A stretch of DNA of 64,000 nt from an uncultured virus (IMG/VR IMGVR_UViG_3300014205_009245) (IMGVR_UViG_3300014205_009245); one strand, 5' to 3'. Counted from the stretch's first letter, positions 1 through 9,030 are shown. Notes: generated by a model from the sequence alone, not told the origin. Numbers and translations: made by a program.

Positions 1-371
1 TTTTCTATAGCCTTCTTAATACCCGATGCTGTAATTTCGCTAGTTGAAGCTCGTAATACTTTCTTGGCAATATCTTTAATTTGCTCATAAATGTGGAATG
101 ATATTGCTTCACCTTCACGATCTGGGTCTGTCATTAATAATACTAAATCAGATTTAGCACATTTAGATTTAATAGCATTAATTGTATCCTGATGATCATC
201 CTTAACTTCAAAAGTGGGTTCAAAGGATTTTTTAATATTTATACCCAAACCCTTTTCGGGAAGGTCCACACAGTGCCCATATGAAGCCAGGACATCATAC
301 TCTTTACCCGCGTATTTCTTATACCCATTAACCTTATTTGGTGCTTCAATGATAATTACTTTTTTGGACAT
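1..371 (-). CDS. topA: DNA topoisomerase I (type IA), N-terminal TOPRIM part, truncated by the window edge
   Basis: Manual translation from ATG at 371 (GGAG RBS): MSKKVIIIEAPNKV...ASYGHCVDLP...MTDPDREGEAISFH...EIT, typical TopA TOPRIM motifs. Confidence 0.93.
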   Translation of the reverse strand, partial: MSKKVIIIEAPNKVNGYKKYAGKEYDVLASYGHCVDLPEKGLGINIKKSFEPTFEVKDDHQDTINAIKSKCAKSDLVLLMTDPDREGEAISFHIYEQIKDIAKKVLRASTSEITASGIKKAIE

Positions 372-410
372 TGAATCTCCATAAAATTAAGCGTCAAGGG
401 AACCGTGAGT

Positions 411-455
411 ATTATATAAAGGGTTGAGCCTGGCTTTCAAGGCAACCAGGCTCAA
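411..455 (-). promoter_or_regulatory. sigma70-like promoter for topA overlapping an inverted repeat
   Basis: Minus strand TTGAAA (435-440), 18 nt, TATAAT (411-416); 10-bp inverted repeat ttgagcctgg (424-433) / ccaggctcaa (446-455). Confidence 0.6.
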
Positions 456-562
456 TTTTCTAATAAACCAATAATTTAATAATTTAACTAATTTGACTTT
501 TAGCCACGCAATAAACAGCGTCCCGTCGTTTAAAATAATATAATATTTCTAAAATTTAAACT

Positions 563-769
563 TTACTTAACTACAACAGGAAGGTCCAAAAGCTTGCGTC
601 GTCCACCTGGCGGAGTCTGTAGGTGATTTGCGACTACCCGAACTCCATAGAGCCGATTCTGTCTTGCCATCTGGACTGCCTGTGAAACACTCCGTTCCTT
701 GCCGTCGATCTTATACCCGATCGTGTGTCTCTTGCTGTTTGTGATCCTCTTGGTAATTCTACTCTTCAT
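563..769 (-). CDS. small basic protein, DUF3892-like
   Basis: MKSRITKRIT...GYKIDG...SVSQAVQMA...GVRVV..HLQT.P....LLDLP resembles the DUF3892 pattern; GGAG RBS before ATG at 769. Confidence 0.5.
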   Translation of the reverse strand: MKSRITKRITNSKRHTIGYKIDGKERSVSQAVQMARQNRLYGVRVVANHLQTPPGGRRKLLDLPVVVK

Positions 770-838
770 TTTTGTTCTCCTTTTCAAAAGCAACCTTCCA
801 TTATACAACATTTTCCCCGACCTGATGAGGAAAAATTT

Positions 839-1138
839 TTAATCTATCAGCCCGGGTGGAATATCAGTGTCATCCTTTAATATCCCGGCTTCATAAGCAG
901 TTTTTACTGCACAATAAAAATGTATCCACGTCACTGCAAAATCAAATTCTTCGGAAGTAAATTCGTTTAGATCGAAATGCTCCAGCATAACATCAGCAAC
1001 ATCTTCGGCTGATTTTTCATCAGCACCATACCACCTAATATTCTTATCGACTATTTCCTTAGCAACTTCCAGGACTTTCTTGTTAATTTCCTCGACTACC
1101 TTGATCCTAACAAAAATATCATCGCCTACAAGTTTCAC
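839..1138 (-). CDS. hypothetical acidic protein
   Basis: 99-aa ORF tightly packed downstream of thyX. Confidence 0.6.
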   Translation of the reverse strand: MKLVGDDIFVRIKVVEEINKKVLEVAKEIVDKNIRWYGADEKSAEDVADVMLEHFDLNEFTSEEFDFAVTWIHFYCAVKTAYEAGILKDDTDIPPGLID

Positions 1139-1141
1139 AAA

Positions 1142-1927
1142 CTAGACCTTGCTATGTTTTGGTTTACACTCAAACAATCCATCGCCAGTGTCAATTTTAA
1201 CAAAATCCTGAAACAGATAAGGCCATTTCTGAGATGCAATATCATATACTTTATTAAATACTTGTCGTATTTCAACTTCTGATGCAACACCTGTTCTCAA
1301 TTGAATAATCCACCGCAATGCCCGCATATTACAGGAAAACACAATACCAGTTGCTAAACCTATGGGTGCGATACGACGAAAAGCAGATGTTAGTTTCTTC
1401 TTTGTCTTAAAAGACTCATCGTCAATACCATATATTTCGGCCAATTTATTTTGTGCTTGTTCGAGATCTTTAATTATTTTTTCGAACAATTCTACTGCTT
1501 CTGGATTATTCTCAATTTCTGGCGGGAGCCAGAATTTTAATTCATTCAACCTTACATATCGTAGGCTTACTTGAGAATATCCAACTCCAACCCTATGCCG
1601 GACCAGCTCGTGAGTCATAACGCGAGAAATATTCTCAAATACCCACACACATTGAGCATGTTCAAGGACTGCTCCGTGCTCACTTTGAATTAAATTCCCT
1701 ATGTATTCTTCACTATTATCCCTGATCTTGGTAACGTTAGGGTTGAGACCAACATCAAAAGACCTATAACACTCTCTGCCTGCTAATTCTATTACTTTTT
1801 CAGCATCAGTACCACTAAGATGTTCTAAAACCTTTTCCCCTCCAATATCTTTAAGCCATCTTTTGACTTCATTCTCATCTATTTGCGGGTAGGAAATTAG
1901 ATATACTTCTGGTTTTACTCTTTGCAT
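1142..1927 (-). CDS. thyX: FAD-dependent thymidylate synthase
   Basis: HGAVLEH, SRVMTHELVRHR...SQVSLRYV (RHRx7S motif), NMRALRWIIQLR, EIR. Confidence 0.96.
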   Translation of the reverse strand: MQRVKPEVYLISYPQIDENEVKRWLKDIGGEKVLEHLSGTDAEKVIELAGRECYRSFDVGLNPNVTKIRDNSEEYIGNLIQSEHGAVLEHAQCVWVFENISRVMTHELVRHRVGVGYSQVSLRYVRLNELKFWLPPEIENNPEAVELFEKIIKDLEQAQNKLAEIYGIDDESFKTKKKLTSAFRRIAPIGLATGIVFSCNMRALRWIIQLRTGVASEVEIRQVFNKVYDIASQKWPYLFQDFVKIDTGDGLFECKPKHSKV

Positions 1928-2232
1928 TATTCGTTCTCCAAAATTTTATCGACAGATTTCATAGCATCCTCAATCTGAGAAATAATAGTTTCTAAATGTT
2001 CTTTTTCATATACGGCTTCATCTCGCTTTTTTTCCGCTTCATAAATTTTCTGTTGCCAATCATCCGCTCGTCTGTCTAGTTCATCAAGAATATCACGAGC
2101 ATCAATATTCTCTCCATTATTTTTAATTAGTTGTGCAGCATATAAGCATGTTAGATCTCTATTACTTAAATCTTGGAGGGGAAGAATAGATAAGCATTTG
2201 CCCATGTCACATATTTTCTCAATTTCTGTCAC
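1927..2232 (-). CDS. hypothetical coiled-coil protein
   Basis: 101-aa ORF with heptad-like charged C-terminus, operonic packing. Confidence 0.6.
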   Translation of the reverse strand: MTEIEKICDMGKCLSILPLQDLSNRDLTCLYAAQLIKNNGENIDARDILDELDRRADDWQQKIYEAEKKRDEAVYEKEHLETIISQIEDAMKSVDKILENE

Positions 2233-2242
2233 AATATTCTCC

Positions 2243-2746
2243 TTATTCGGTCCATTCTTTTAATTTGAGATAATCCTTCACTTCATTATAGATATCAACG
2301 GGATATCTTCCGGAATACGCAGTAAGTTTTACACCACAATCTACAGACATCAAATTAACCGCATCCCAATCTTCTTTATTAACACAATGAGATCCAATTT
2401 TGCCATAGATTATTTCTCGTATACTTGCCTGAATCATTGCTACCATGCACCCACAACAAGGATGCCCTGTTACATATACAGTGCCACCTTTTGTATTAAT
2501 TGTCCTATTCAGCAGGGCGTTAAGTTCTGAATGGGCTATGTGCCTATATTTTGCAGGTCGGGTAGTTGGATATAAATCAATTGTTCCGCCTTTAGGATAC
2601 CCATTATACCCCCACCCCATTGGATGATGTTGAGAATCAACTATAATAGCCCCATGTTTCGTTGCAGGGTCGGGAGACCTGAGACAATACACTAAAGCCA
2701 TTGACATAAATGTTTCATCCCACGTAGGTCTATTTGGCGCTATCAT
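2243..2746 (-). CDS. dCMP deaminase (ComEB family)
   Basis: RPTWDETFM, RSPD...GAII, GYNG, HSELNAL, PCCGC zinc motifs. Confidence 0.93.
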   Translation of the reverse strand: MIAPNRPTWDETFMSMALVYCLRSPDPATKHGAIIVDSQHHPMGWGYNGYPKGGTIDLYPTTRPAKYRHIAHSELNALLNRTINTKGGTVYVTGHPCCGCMVAMIQASIREIIYGKIGSHCVNKEDWDAVNLMSVDCGVKLTAYSGRYPVDIYNEVKDYLKLKEWTE

Positions 2747-2749
2747 TAT

Positions 2750-3601
2750 TCAAAAATCCTCAATACCATTAAAATCTATATTACGTATTGGCACTCGATA
2801 ATTCTCGATAGACTCAGCCAAAAATGGTAGGTCTTTTAGATGTAATGTATCATTTGTCAAACACACACCAGTAGAAATAACATCTAGCGATTCTTTATCC
2901 ACCAATGAAGTATAGCTATTACCAGCAGCCGATTTCCACTTAATTTCTATATTAGGACCTTGCACTATATACGAGGTCAACGAACCACCACCTGTAGTAA
3001 GATATTCATTAAGAATATTTTCGGCTGATGATATTGCCAACTCAAAAGCACAATTATCTTCCGGAGTTATATTTGGTATTTTCTTCAGTGCTTCTCTCAT
3101 TTGGTCTGGAGTGTATTTGGGCACAAAACAATCTCGCATACACTTAGATTTAAATGAATTTGTTGGGCAGATGCCATCGGACCAAAAATGCAAACCGTCG
3201 AATCTGGCCAATACTACGTCAAAGCGATTGTCAAAAGCATTTTTAACAACAAGTTCCCCATCTAGAGAAAACTTATTTCGTGCCACATTAATGCTGGCGG
3301 GATAAGCAACCCACCCGAAATTCGTTTCATAGCACAAAATAACTCTAAGAGATAGAAGACTGTTAAAATACGATCTAACTAAAGATTGATCGGCTTCGCC
3401 TGTATATTCAGCATAAGTAGGAGATATCGGAATGAATTTTCCAATACCCGAGCCAGAAAACCCGCCGATGTGAAATCTATAATTAAGACCATCCATTTTA
3501 ATAATGGCGATCTTAGATTCCTCGGTATAAGGAGCGAGAAATTCTTTTGTGCGAAATTCCCGCTCCATTTTAACAATGTTTTTAAATAAATCATTTTGCA
3601 T
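2750..3601 (-). CDS. conserved hypothetical protein, probable partner of the TROVE-like vWA protein
   Basis: 283 aa; motifs FLAP, WVAYP, ARFDG..FW, ITPE..AF.LA, GGG.L, YTSLVDK..LDVISTGVCL resemble an uncharacterised bacterial family I recall next to this vWA family (unverified). Confidence 0.65.
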   Translation of the reverse strand: MQNDLFKNIVKMEREFRTKEFLAPYTEESKIAIIKMDGLNYRFHIGGFSGSGIGKFIPISPTYAEYTGEADQSLVRSYFNSLLSLRVILCYETNFGWVAYPASINVARNKFSLDGELVVKNAFDNRFDVVLARFDGLHFWSDGICPTNSFKSKCMRDCFVPKYTPDQMREALKKIPNITPEDNCAFELAISSAENILNEYLTTGGGSLTSYIVQGPNIEIKWKSAAGNSYTSLVDKESLDVISTGVCLTNDTLHLKDLPFLAESIENYRVPIRNIDFNGIEDF

Positions 3602-3692
3602 TGCAGGTATTTAAGTATTCAACCACATCTAGATGGCCATTAGCAGCAGCGTGTCTCAAAGCATAATCAGCATCAGCATGTATATCAGCTCC
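3591..3692 (-). pseudogene. ankyrin-repeat protein C-terminal remnant
   Basis: GADIHADADYALRHAAANGHLDVVEYL is a canonical ankyrin repeat; upstream part replaced by opposite-strand tnpB sequence. Confidence 0.8.
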
Positions 3693-3943
3693 GGTCTTAG
3701 TGGAGGAGAGCGCAAGGGATGTAGGTTTTATGCTTCTGATGGTGCTGTGTTTGACGCGGACTGGAATGCCGCGATTAACATAGCTAGAAAATACGTTCAA
3801 ACTCAAGAAGCTCATGGTTCTAAACACCCTATTTCGTTTTCTTCTCCACTCGATGGAGGACTGAACTTAATAGGCAGGCTACTATCAACTAGCCAATCGT
3901 TCCTATTGAGGAGCAAACCTAACTTTAGCGGTTAGGTGGTTGA
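3693..3943 (+). mobile_element. tnpB: truncated tnpB 3' end and right end of an IS200/IS605-family element
   Basis: GERKGCRFYASDGAVFDADWNAAINIA (RuvC-III DxNAAxNI motif), then terminal hairpin aacctaac..gttaggt and end ggtggttga; N-terminus missing. Confidence 0.75.
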
Positions 3944-4309
3944 TTTGGCATCTCTCAACGGTCCACAATAGCCCGATGCATACCCAGCATAATAACCCAA
4001 TGCCAACGAATCGTCATTTGCGAGATCATGATCTTTGTGTATTCGGTCTCTCAGTAGTGCCCCGTTCATGGACATTCGGCCGAACGCAGTGCGTATCATA
4101 TCCACATCAACCCCCAAATGTAACGCAATTTCGTATAGATCCGGCTTTACACCATTCGATATTGATTTTGCGATAGCAATACCCCATGCTCCATCCCTGT
4201 CCCTGTCGGGTAATGATCTCCATTGATTCCCCATCAAATTACGAATAGCCTTCTCGTAAGGGATTTCAGGAATAATGTTTCTAGACACTTTGAACTCCTT
4301 CACTAACAA
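3932..4309 (-). CDS. hypothetical protein with possible winged helix-turn-helix
   Basis: PDLYEIALHLGVDVDMIRTAFGRM is HTH-like; last codons and stop lie in the IS remnant end. Confidence 0.55.
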   Translation of the reverse strand: MLVKEFKVSRNIIPEIPYEKAIRNLMGNQWRSLPDRDRDGAWGIAIAKSISNGVKPDLYEIALHLGVDVDMIRTAFGRMSMNGALLRDRIHKDHDLANDDSLALGYYAGYASGYCGPLRDAKSTT

Positions 4310-6074
4310 CGTTTAGAAGATTATTGGCGTCCCACTCACTGCGAGTGGGTAAAGTCAACGACAAAATCTCCTGGACTAACTCAAATGTACTTTTACAAGA
4401 AAGCAACTGAATAACGTTAGGTAAAGAAACGCTGTCAATTCCAGTTGCAACTAAAACCGTAACATTAAATCCGGCTTTCTTGAGAGATTTTTCTATAATA
4501 TCGTGTATTCCATATCCAGAACTACCAATTCGTACTATAACGATATTAGGTGTTACACCCATTTTCTTTGAATAAGATTTAAGCTGTTTGGCAAATTTCC
4601 CTTCATTATTTTCTCCCTCATCGGTAACTAATAATATTTGGTCTGCAACCTGGTTCTTAAGTTCCATTGCCATTAGAACCGCAGCAGGATCAGTTCCGCC
4701 ATTAGCCCGGAACATTGCCAGCTTTTTCTCCCAACTAGAGAGTAATGTTATATCTCCATCTTTCTTGTTCCATTCAATTTCTACTGGAGTTGCATCGAAT
4801 AGGTAAACGATAGGTTCATTGCCAGGAGCACATGCCTGTGCTATAGCCGCACTTAGTTGCTTCCCCAGATTAATAGACTCGGTCATCGATCCTGATTTAT
4901 CTATTAATAAAGCAGTTGGAACAGATATATTGCTATGATGCTTTAGCTGCTGATCGGTTATATCTTTCAACAAAGACTGAGTGTCTTTGTCTAGACCTTT
5001 AGTGCTAGCGGCTTTTTTGCCCTTCATTGCATCCATCCGGCCCTTTTTGGCTTTTTTGGCTTTTTCTAATTTGTCATGTATTAATTTCTTCAAATCTGGA
5101 TTGTCAAAAGCCCCTCGGCGTTTTAACAGGTCCATAGATTGCATAATCTCTTGATAAGACATCACCATAATCGATGCAGCCGTAACGGATGGAGTAATAT
5201 CAGACATAAGAGACGATACAACCGTAAACGGCAGATTATTTTCTGTAACAATTTCTGCCTGCCTAATTGGATCTTTCTCGTTTTGTAACGTTTTTAGAGC
5301 ATGTAATCTGGTGCCAGGAATTGTTTCATCGGCAAACAAATATCGATTAATCCAACTATTTGCATTACCAAGAGGTAAAGCATGGGTGCGAACATAAAAC
5401 TTCTTAATTGACTGTGCCGAACGGATCAAAGCCCCTTCCATCATAGCTGGATTGTTTTCTCGATATTTCAGATATGATTTAACAGCTCTTTTCAATATGC
5501 CCTTAAAATTGCGCTGGTTATAACACTTGTGGTGAACCAAATATGTGGTCGCGGTGATTTCCTTAGTATTGTAGTCGATTTTATTTTGTTTTATAAGCAA
5601 AGCTCGCAATTTACTTTTATTACCAAGCTTTATAACACGAACTGGCATATCCTTCCCTCTCTTCTCTGGATCGGGATGATTGCTTCCGTATTTGGCAATT
5701 TCATAAGTCACGCCGAATGAGTTCTGCTTGGGCATATCAGACTCATACGAATGCCGCACTATGGTCTCGTCATAACCAGTGACGTAATTGGCCACCCGGT
5801 CCGCCTCATATGGTGGAAGAGACTGAAACATAACATATCCGGCTTCTTGATGCTGTTCATATGAAGACACCAATAAAGTAGCAATGAACACCTCATTAAT
5901 ATCTCGAACCGCACAATTTTCACCAATGACACAATAGGCGGCTAGTTTACCATAAAAGTTTGGATCTCGCTCAAATTGAGACTTGTGCAAATGCAGGGTT
6001 TCGTCTACCTGCCTATGCGGAGTGCGAAGTAGAGCTTTGAACATTTCTTCTTGAACAGAAAATTGTGATTCCAT
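4281..6074 (-). CDS. vWA-domain protein with helical N-terminus, divergent TROVE/Ro60-like
   Basis: C-terminal MIDAS motifs LLIDKSGSM, GGTD, LVTDEGEN; N-terminal TPHR...DPNFYGKLAAY...VRD resembles the TROVE DP.F..KLA.Y.R segment; 597 aa, Ro60-like size. Confidence 0.75.
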   Translation of the reverse strand: MESQFSVQEEMFKALLRTPHRQVDETLHLHKSQFERDPNFYGKLAAYCVIGENCAVRDINEVFIATLLVSSYEQHQEAGYVMFQSLPPYEADRVANYVTGYDETIVRHSYESDMPKQNSFGVTYEIAKYGSNHPDPEKRGKDMPVRVIKLGNKSKLRALLIKQNKIDYNTKEITATTYLVHHKCYNQRNFKGILKRAVKSYLKYRENNPAMMEGALIRSAQSIKKFYVRTHALPLGNANSWINRYLFADETIPGTRLHALKTLQNEKDPIRQAEIVTENNLPFTVVSSLMSDITPSVTAASIMVMSYQEIMQSMDLLKRRGAFDNPDLKKLIHDKLEKAKKAKKGRMDAMKGKKAASTKGLDKDTQSLLKDITDQQLKHHSNISVPTALLIDKSGSMTESINLGKQLSAAIAQACAPGNEPIVYLFDATPVEIEWNKKDGDITLLSSWEKKLAMFRANGGTDPAAVLMAMELKNQVADQILLVTDEGENNEGKFAKQLKSYSKKMGVTPNIVIVRIGSSGYGIHDIIEKSLKKAGFNVTVLVATGIDSVSLPNVIQLLSCKSTFELVQEILSLTLPTRSEWDANNLLNVVSEGVQSV

Positions 6075-6097
6075 GTTTTACCTCAATTGACTCTGAC

Positions 6098-6126
6098 ATT
6101 ATACGGTATACCCAGCAATAAAACAA
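6098..6126 (-). promoter_or_regulatory. sigma70-like promoter of the vWA gene
   Basis: Minus strand TTGTTT, 17 nt, TATAAT, followed by GAGG RBS and ATG at 6074. Confidence 0.55.
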
Positions 6127-6168
6127 GAGCGTTTCTTCAAAAACCGTTATTCCAGATGTCCGCACAAC

Positions 6169-7143
6169 CTACGAATATTGGACCAAAGTTTCCGAGTTTA
6201 ATAATCCTTCGACCTGCTTAAGAATCAATGCCTTAGATAATTGATCTAAATTTGATGATCTTTTGACAACATCTGCTAGAAACTGTTCATTAGTATAGGT
6301 ATCGTCTATTACTTTTTTCTCGATCTCTTCCCTGAGTGCTTTTGCTATCTGCTTATGCCACGCTACAGCATGTATTGTCTCGACTGAAATGCCCTTACTC
6401 AAAAAGTATACAAAATCACGCATCCACGCATTCTTGGTAAAATCAAGACAACAATGCGTAACACCTTCAGATTCCAGAGATCTTACCCACAAATTTATTG
6501 CACCTTGTTCAGTTATAAACAGGCTATTGTGGCTATGCCCGAACTTGACATCTTGGGTTATTTCAAAAAATCTATCCGTATAATCTTGTCCCTTGCGCTG
6601 CCCAACAACGCCACAATTATATGGCGTCTTCCCTTTTAATAAAGGATGGTTACAATAATCTCCTGTCGTAGAGATTGATACAGTTTCATACCGCTCGGGA
6701 GCAACAAGTATATTCGAGTCACCCGTCACCCAGTCATACCACGTTATAGGTTTTGATATACAGATAATATCAGTATCTATTGCAATTTCATGTTTGTTAA
6801 TATCAATCCTAAAGGGGATCCATTTCCACCAAACACCTTTTGGATAGAAATGATACGGATTTTTCCATTCACCAGATATAACCTTTTGATATTGATTTAT
6901 AATTTCTATATTAACCTGCATTTTAGGATCGGACTGGTAGAACATGTCGCAAAATTTTTTAAATTCATTCCCGTTATATAGTAGAACACATTGGGCTTTT
7001 GGAAACCATTTTTGAAAAGATATAATCGATAATTTAGTAAGCCAGATAAAATCTATAAATTTATTATGTTCATACTCAGACAGCTTAGTGGTGTCTTGGG
7101 ACCCCACTGACCATCTCAAAAGTATATCTGAATTATCAAACAC
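6169..7143 (-). CDS. putative GT-A fold glycosyltransferase
   Basis: WWKW, IAIDTDIIC (DxD motif), YNCGVVG, EQGA resemble GT8/GT-A nucleotide-diphospho-sugar transferases. Confidence 0.55.
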   Translation of the reverse strand: MFDNSDILLRWSVGSQDTTKLSEYEHNKFIDFIWLTKLSIISFQKWFPKAQCVLLYNGNEFKKFCDMFYQSDPKMQVNIEIINQYQKVISGEWKNPYHFYPKGVWWKWIPFRIDINKHEIAIDTDIICISKPITWYDWVTGDSNILVAPERYETVSISTTGDYCNHPLLKGKTPYNCGVVGQRKGQDYTDRFFEITQDVKFGHSHNSLFITEQGAINLWVRSLESEGVTHCCLDFTKNAWMRDFVYFLSKGISVETIHAVAWHKQIAKALREEIEKKVIDDTYTNEQFLADVVKRSSNLDQLSKALILKQVEGLLNSETLVQYS

Positions 7144-8035
7144 TATTCAACTCAATGATTTGATTTAATATGTTCTGTTTTACATTCCCCAAGTAGTCCG
7201 CTGATCCCAAAAAGTGTTCTTTGTTCCACTGCAAAGACTGCTTGTCTGGAATGTATGGCAAATTCGAATGCATATTCAGCGGCACATTTTCAGTTGGAGA
7301 ATATTTATCAGTTCCAGTGCCAACAAAAAACCATTCTAAACCTGTTATTGATATATTGCATATATCTCTATGAATGTTTTTCATTTGTCGCGCAGATACT
7401 TCGGTGCTAGTTGGAATCCACATAGAATTTTCAACGGGAGTGTCGAAGCACGGAATCGCCCATTTAGTCACCCATACTGGTTTTGGATAAAGTTTCATTG
7501 CTTGATTTAATAAACTGCACAATGACCCGATATTTCTATCATCCATCTCGTCGCAACAATGCACTGCATAAATATCAAATAATTTTCTGTTGTTTATAAA
7601 ATAATCTAAACATTTTCTTTCGGTTTGATAATCAAATATTCTAATGGCAGGGGAGATAATTTTAGAATTGGAATGTGATCTAATCAAATTTGCTAGCAGA
7701 TTAGTTCTGGAATTTAATAACCCCCTGAAAGATGAATCGTCGATATTCGGTCTTTCAACCCCAAATGGATTTTCAAACAGCACAATGGCGCTATTCTGTA
7801 TATTTGAAATTTGCAAAGCATATTTGTAAAATTCTGACTGGTCTAAATACCATGACCTATAATCAAGAACATAAATATCAGAATTGCGACAGCTTTCCCA
7901 AAACTGATCATCATGTAGCCTGGTGATTGGGAGCGCCTGTTGACGCGCAGGCTTTAAATGAGCAGATAATATAGGATGAATGATAGTATGATAGTGCTCA
8001 TCTGACCACTCGCCCTCAAGCGCCCTTATCATCAA
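7136..8035 (-). CDS. glycoside hydrolase clan A-like TIM-barrel protein, possibly inactive
   Basis: IISPA, FDIYAVH, KPVWVTKW resemble the GH-A D..A.H.Y and P.W.TE motifs, with K at the nucleophile Glu position. Confidence 0.45.
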   Translation of the reverse strand: MMIRALEGEWSDEHYHTIIHPILSAHLKPARQQALPITRLHDDQFWESCRNSDIYVLDYRSWYLDQSEFYKYALQISNIQNSAIVLFENPFGVERPNIDDSSFRGLLNSRTNLLANLIRSHSNSKIISPAIRIFDYQTERKCLDYFINNRKLFDIYAVHCCDEMDDRNIGSLCSLLNQAMKLYPKPVWVTKWAIPCFDTPVENSMWIPTSTEVSARQMKNIHRDICNISITGLEWFFVGTGTDKYSPTENVPLNMHSNLPYIPDKQSLQWNKEHFLGSADYLGNVKQNILNQIIELNSV

Positions 8036-8050
8036 TCACCACTATTATCA

Positions 8051-8635
8051 TCAATCACCACTATTTGGCGAATTATTCTCTTTCGAGCATTCAATGATAT
8101 GAACTTCGATTATAACGGATTTCGAGTTGTCTTCTGTCGAGAATGTCTCGCCAGAATCAAGGCTAACCCCAACAGGACATTCTGGGTTATCGGCAATATC
8201 GATAAAATCTGCCACGCGATAAAATCTAGAATCTTCGGTTGGCAATATCTCCTCGATTTTGCGATTTATGTCAGCGCAAGTGTCGGGCGTGTTGGCGATA
8301 CCGCGGAATGCGGCGTAGATCAGACTTAAAACATCGAGCCGAGATTCAATACTATAATCGTCATTAAAACACGATGCCAGTATCGCAGATGAATCAACAT
8401 TCACAGGAACCACAAACATTGCTCCCTCATAATTCGAAATATTAATATCCCTCAATAAGGATGAGAATAGATTTTGAGCGCACTCAGAAATAGATCTCGC
8501 TACGCCACTTTCTGCCATTTCTGTGCCAGAGCCTTCCCCAATTTCATCCCACTTAAAATTGGAAAGTAGCTTTTCGTGAGTGTTATCCGATTGATTTGGA
8601 TCGATGATATGATTTTTCTTGATTGACCCCATCAC
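8051..8635 (-). CDS. hypothetical acidic protein
   Basis: 194-aa ORF directly downstream of the ncRNA array, AAGGA RBS. Confidence 0.65.
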   Translation of the reverse strand: MMGSIKKNHIIDPNQSDNTHEKLLSNFKWDEIGEGSGTEMAESGVARSISECAQNLFSSLLRDINISNYEGAMFVVPVNVDSSAILASCFNDDYSIESRLDVLSLIYAAFRGIANTPDTCADINRKIEEILPTEDSRFYRVADFIDIADNPECPVGVSLDSGETFSTEDNSKSVIIEVHIIECSKENNSPNSGD

Positions 8636-8659
8636 AATTTCCTTTCAGATTCAAACAAA

Positions 8660-8739
8660 AAAGCCGCAATAGTCCGGAGGACAGTTCAACATTGGTCAAG
8701 AAAAATGTTTGTAGGTCCGTCCCTTTAGGTTGCGGCTTT
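8660..8739 (-). ncRNA. modular structured RNA, copy C (Y-RNA-like candidate)
   Basis: Terminal stem AAAGCCGCAA/UUGCGGCUUU, CCUAAAG loop, inner stem GGA(C)GGAC/GUCCUCC, UACAAAC, cargo hairpin AACAUU/AAUGUU. Confidence 0.7.
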
Positions 8740-8749
8740 ATACTAGATT

Positions 8750-8801
8750 CTTGTTCTCGGAATTACCCTTCGACTCCGATGGTAACTAGCCGAGAAACAA
8801 G
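8750..8801 (-). ncRNA. long imperfect hairpin within the RNA array
   Basis: CUUGUUUCUCGG..GUUACC..GGUAAU.CCGAGAACAAG fold-back. Confidence 0.4.
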
Positions 8802-8887
8802 CGAAATAAATTCAAAAAACCATGTAAAAAACATAACTGTTCCCCTTTTACTTACTACTCAAAACCGTACTCACATCGAGTACTAAC

Positions 8888-8970
8888 GCGAAGCAAAGGA
8901 GTTGAACCTTTGTGTCATCGACAGAGACAACTTTGACATCATCGTCCGACGAGATCTCACCGTCCCTCGC
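8888..8970 (-). ncRNA. aberrant tRNA-like element
   Basis: T-arm CAAAGG-UUCAACU-CCUUUG, acceptor-like GCGAGG/CUUCGC, D-like stem GACG/CGUC, variable hairpin UGUC-GAU-GACA; anticodon arm non-canonical. Confidence 0.5.
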
Positions 8971-8971
8971 A

Positions 8972-9023
8972 TGGTGCTCGGGAAGGGATGACTCCCAAAA
9001 TTAAATCCTTTCGGATCCCGAAC
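8972..9023 (-). ncRNA. CCA-terminated mini tRNA-like RNA (about 52 nt)
   Basis: GUUCGGGA/UCCCGAGC stem followed by ACCA; internal hairpins UCC-GAAA-GGA and GGGA-GUCA-UCCC. Confidence 0.5.
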
Positions 9024-9030
9024 AAATACA

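Noticed and set aside
1142..2746. thyX and dCMP deaminase as a DNA hypermodification module
   Set aside because: Both look canonical for dTMP supply; no dCMP/dUMP hydroxymethylase or modified-base kinase is visible in the window
8623..8886. 87-aa plus-strand ORF over the RNA array
   Set aside because: No RBS or recognisable motif; overlaps structured minus-strand RNAs; likely spurious
8888..8970. tRNA-Sec (TCA in the loop, long variable arm)
   Set aside because: No U33 before TCA, acceptor stem too short for the 8/5 fold, and no sel genes in the window
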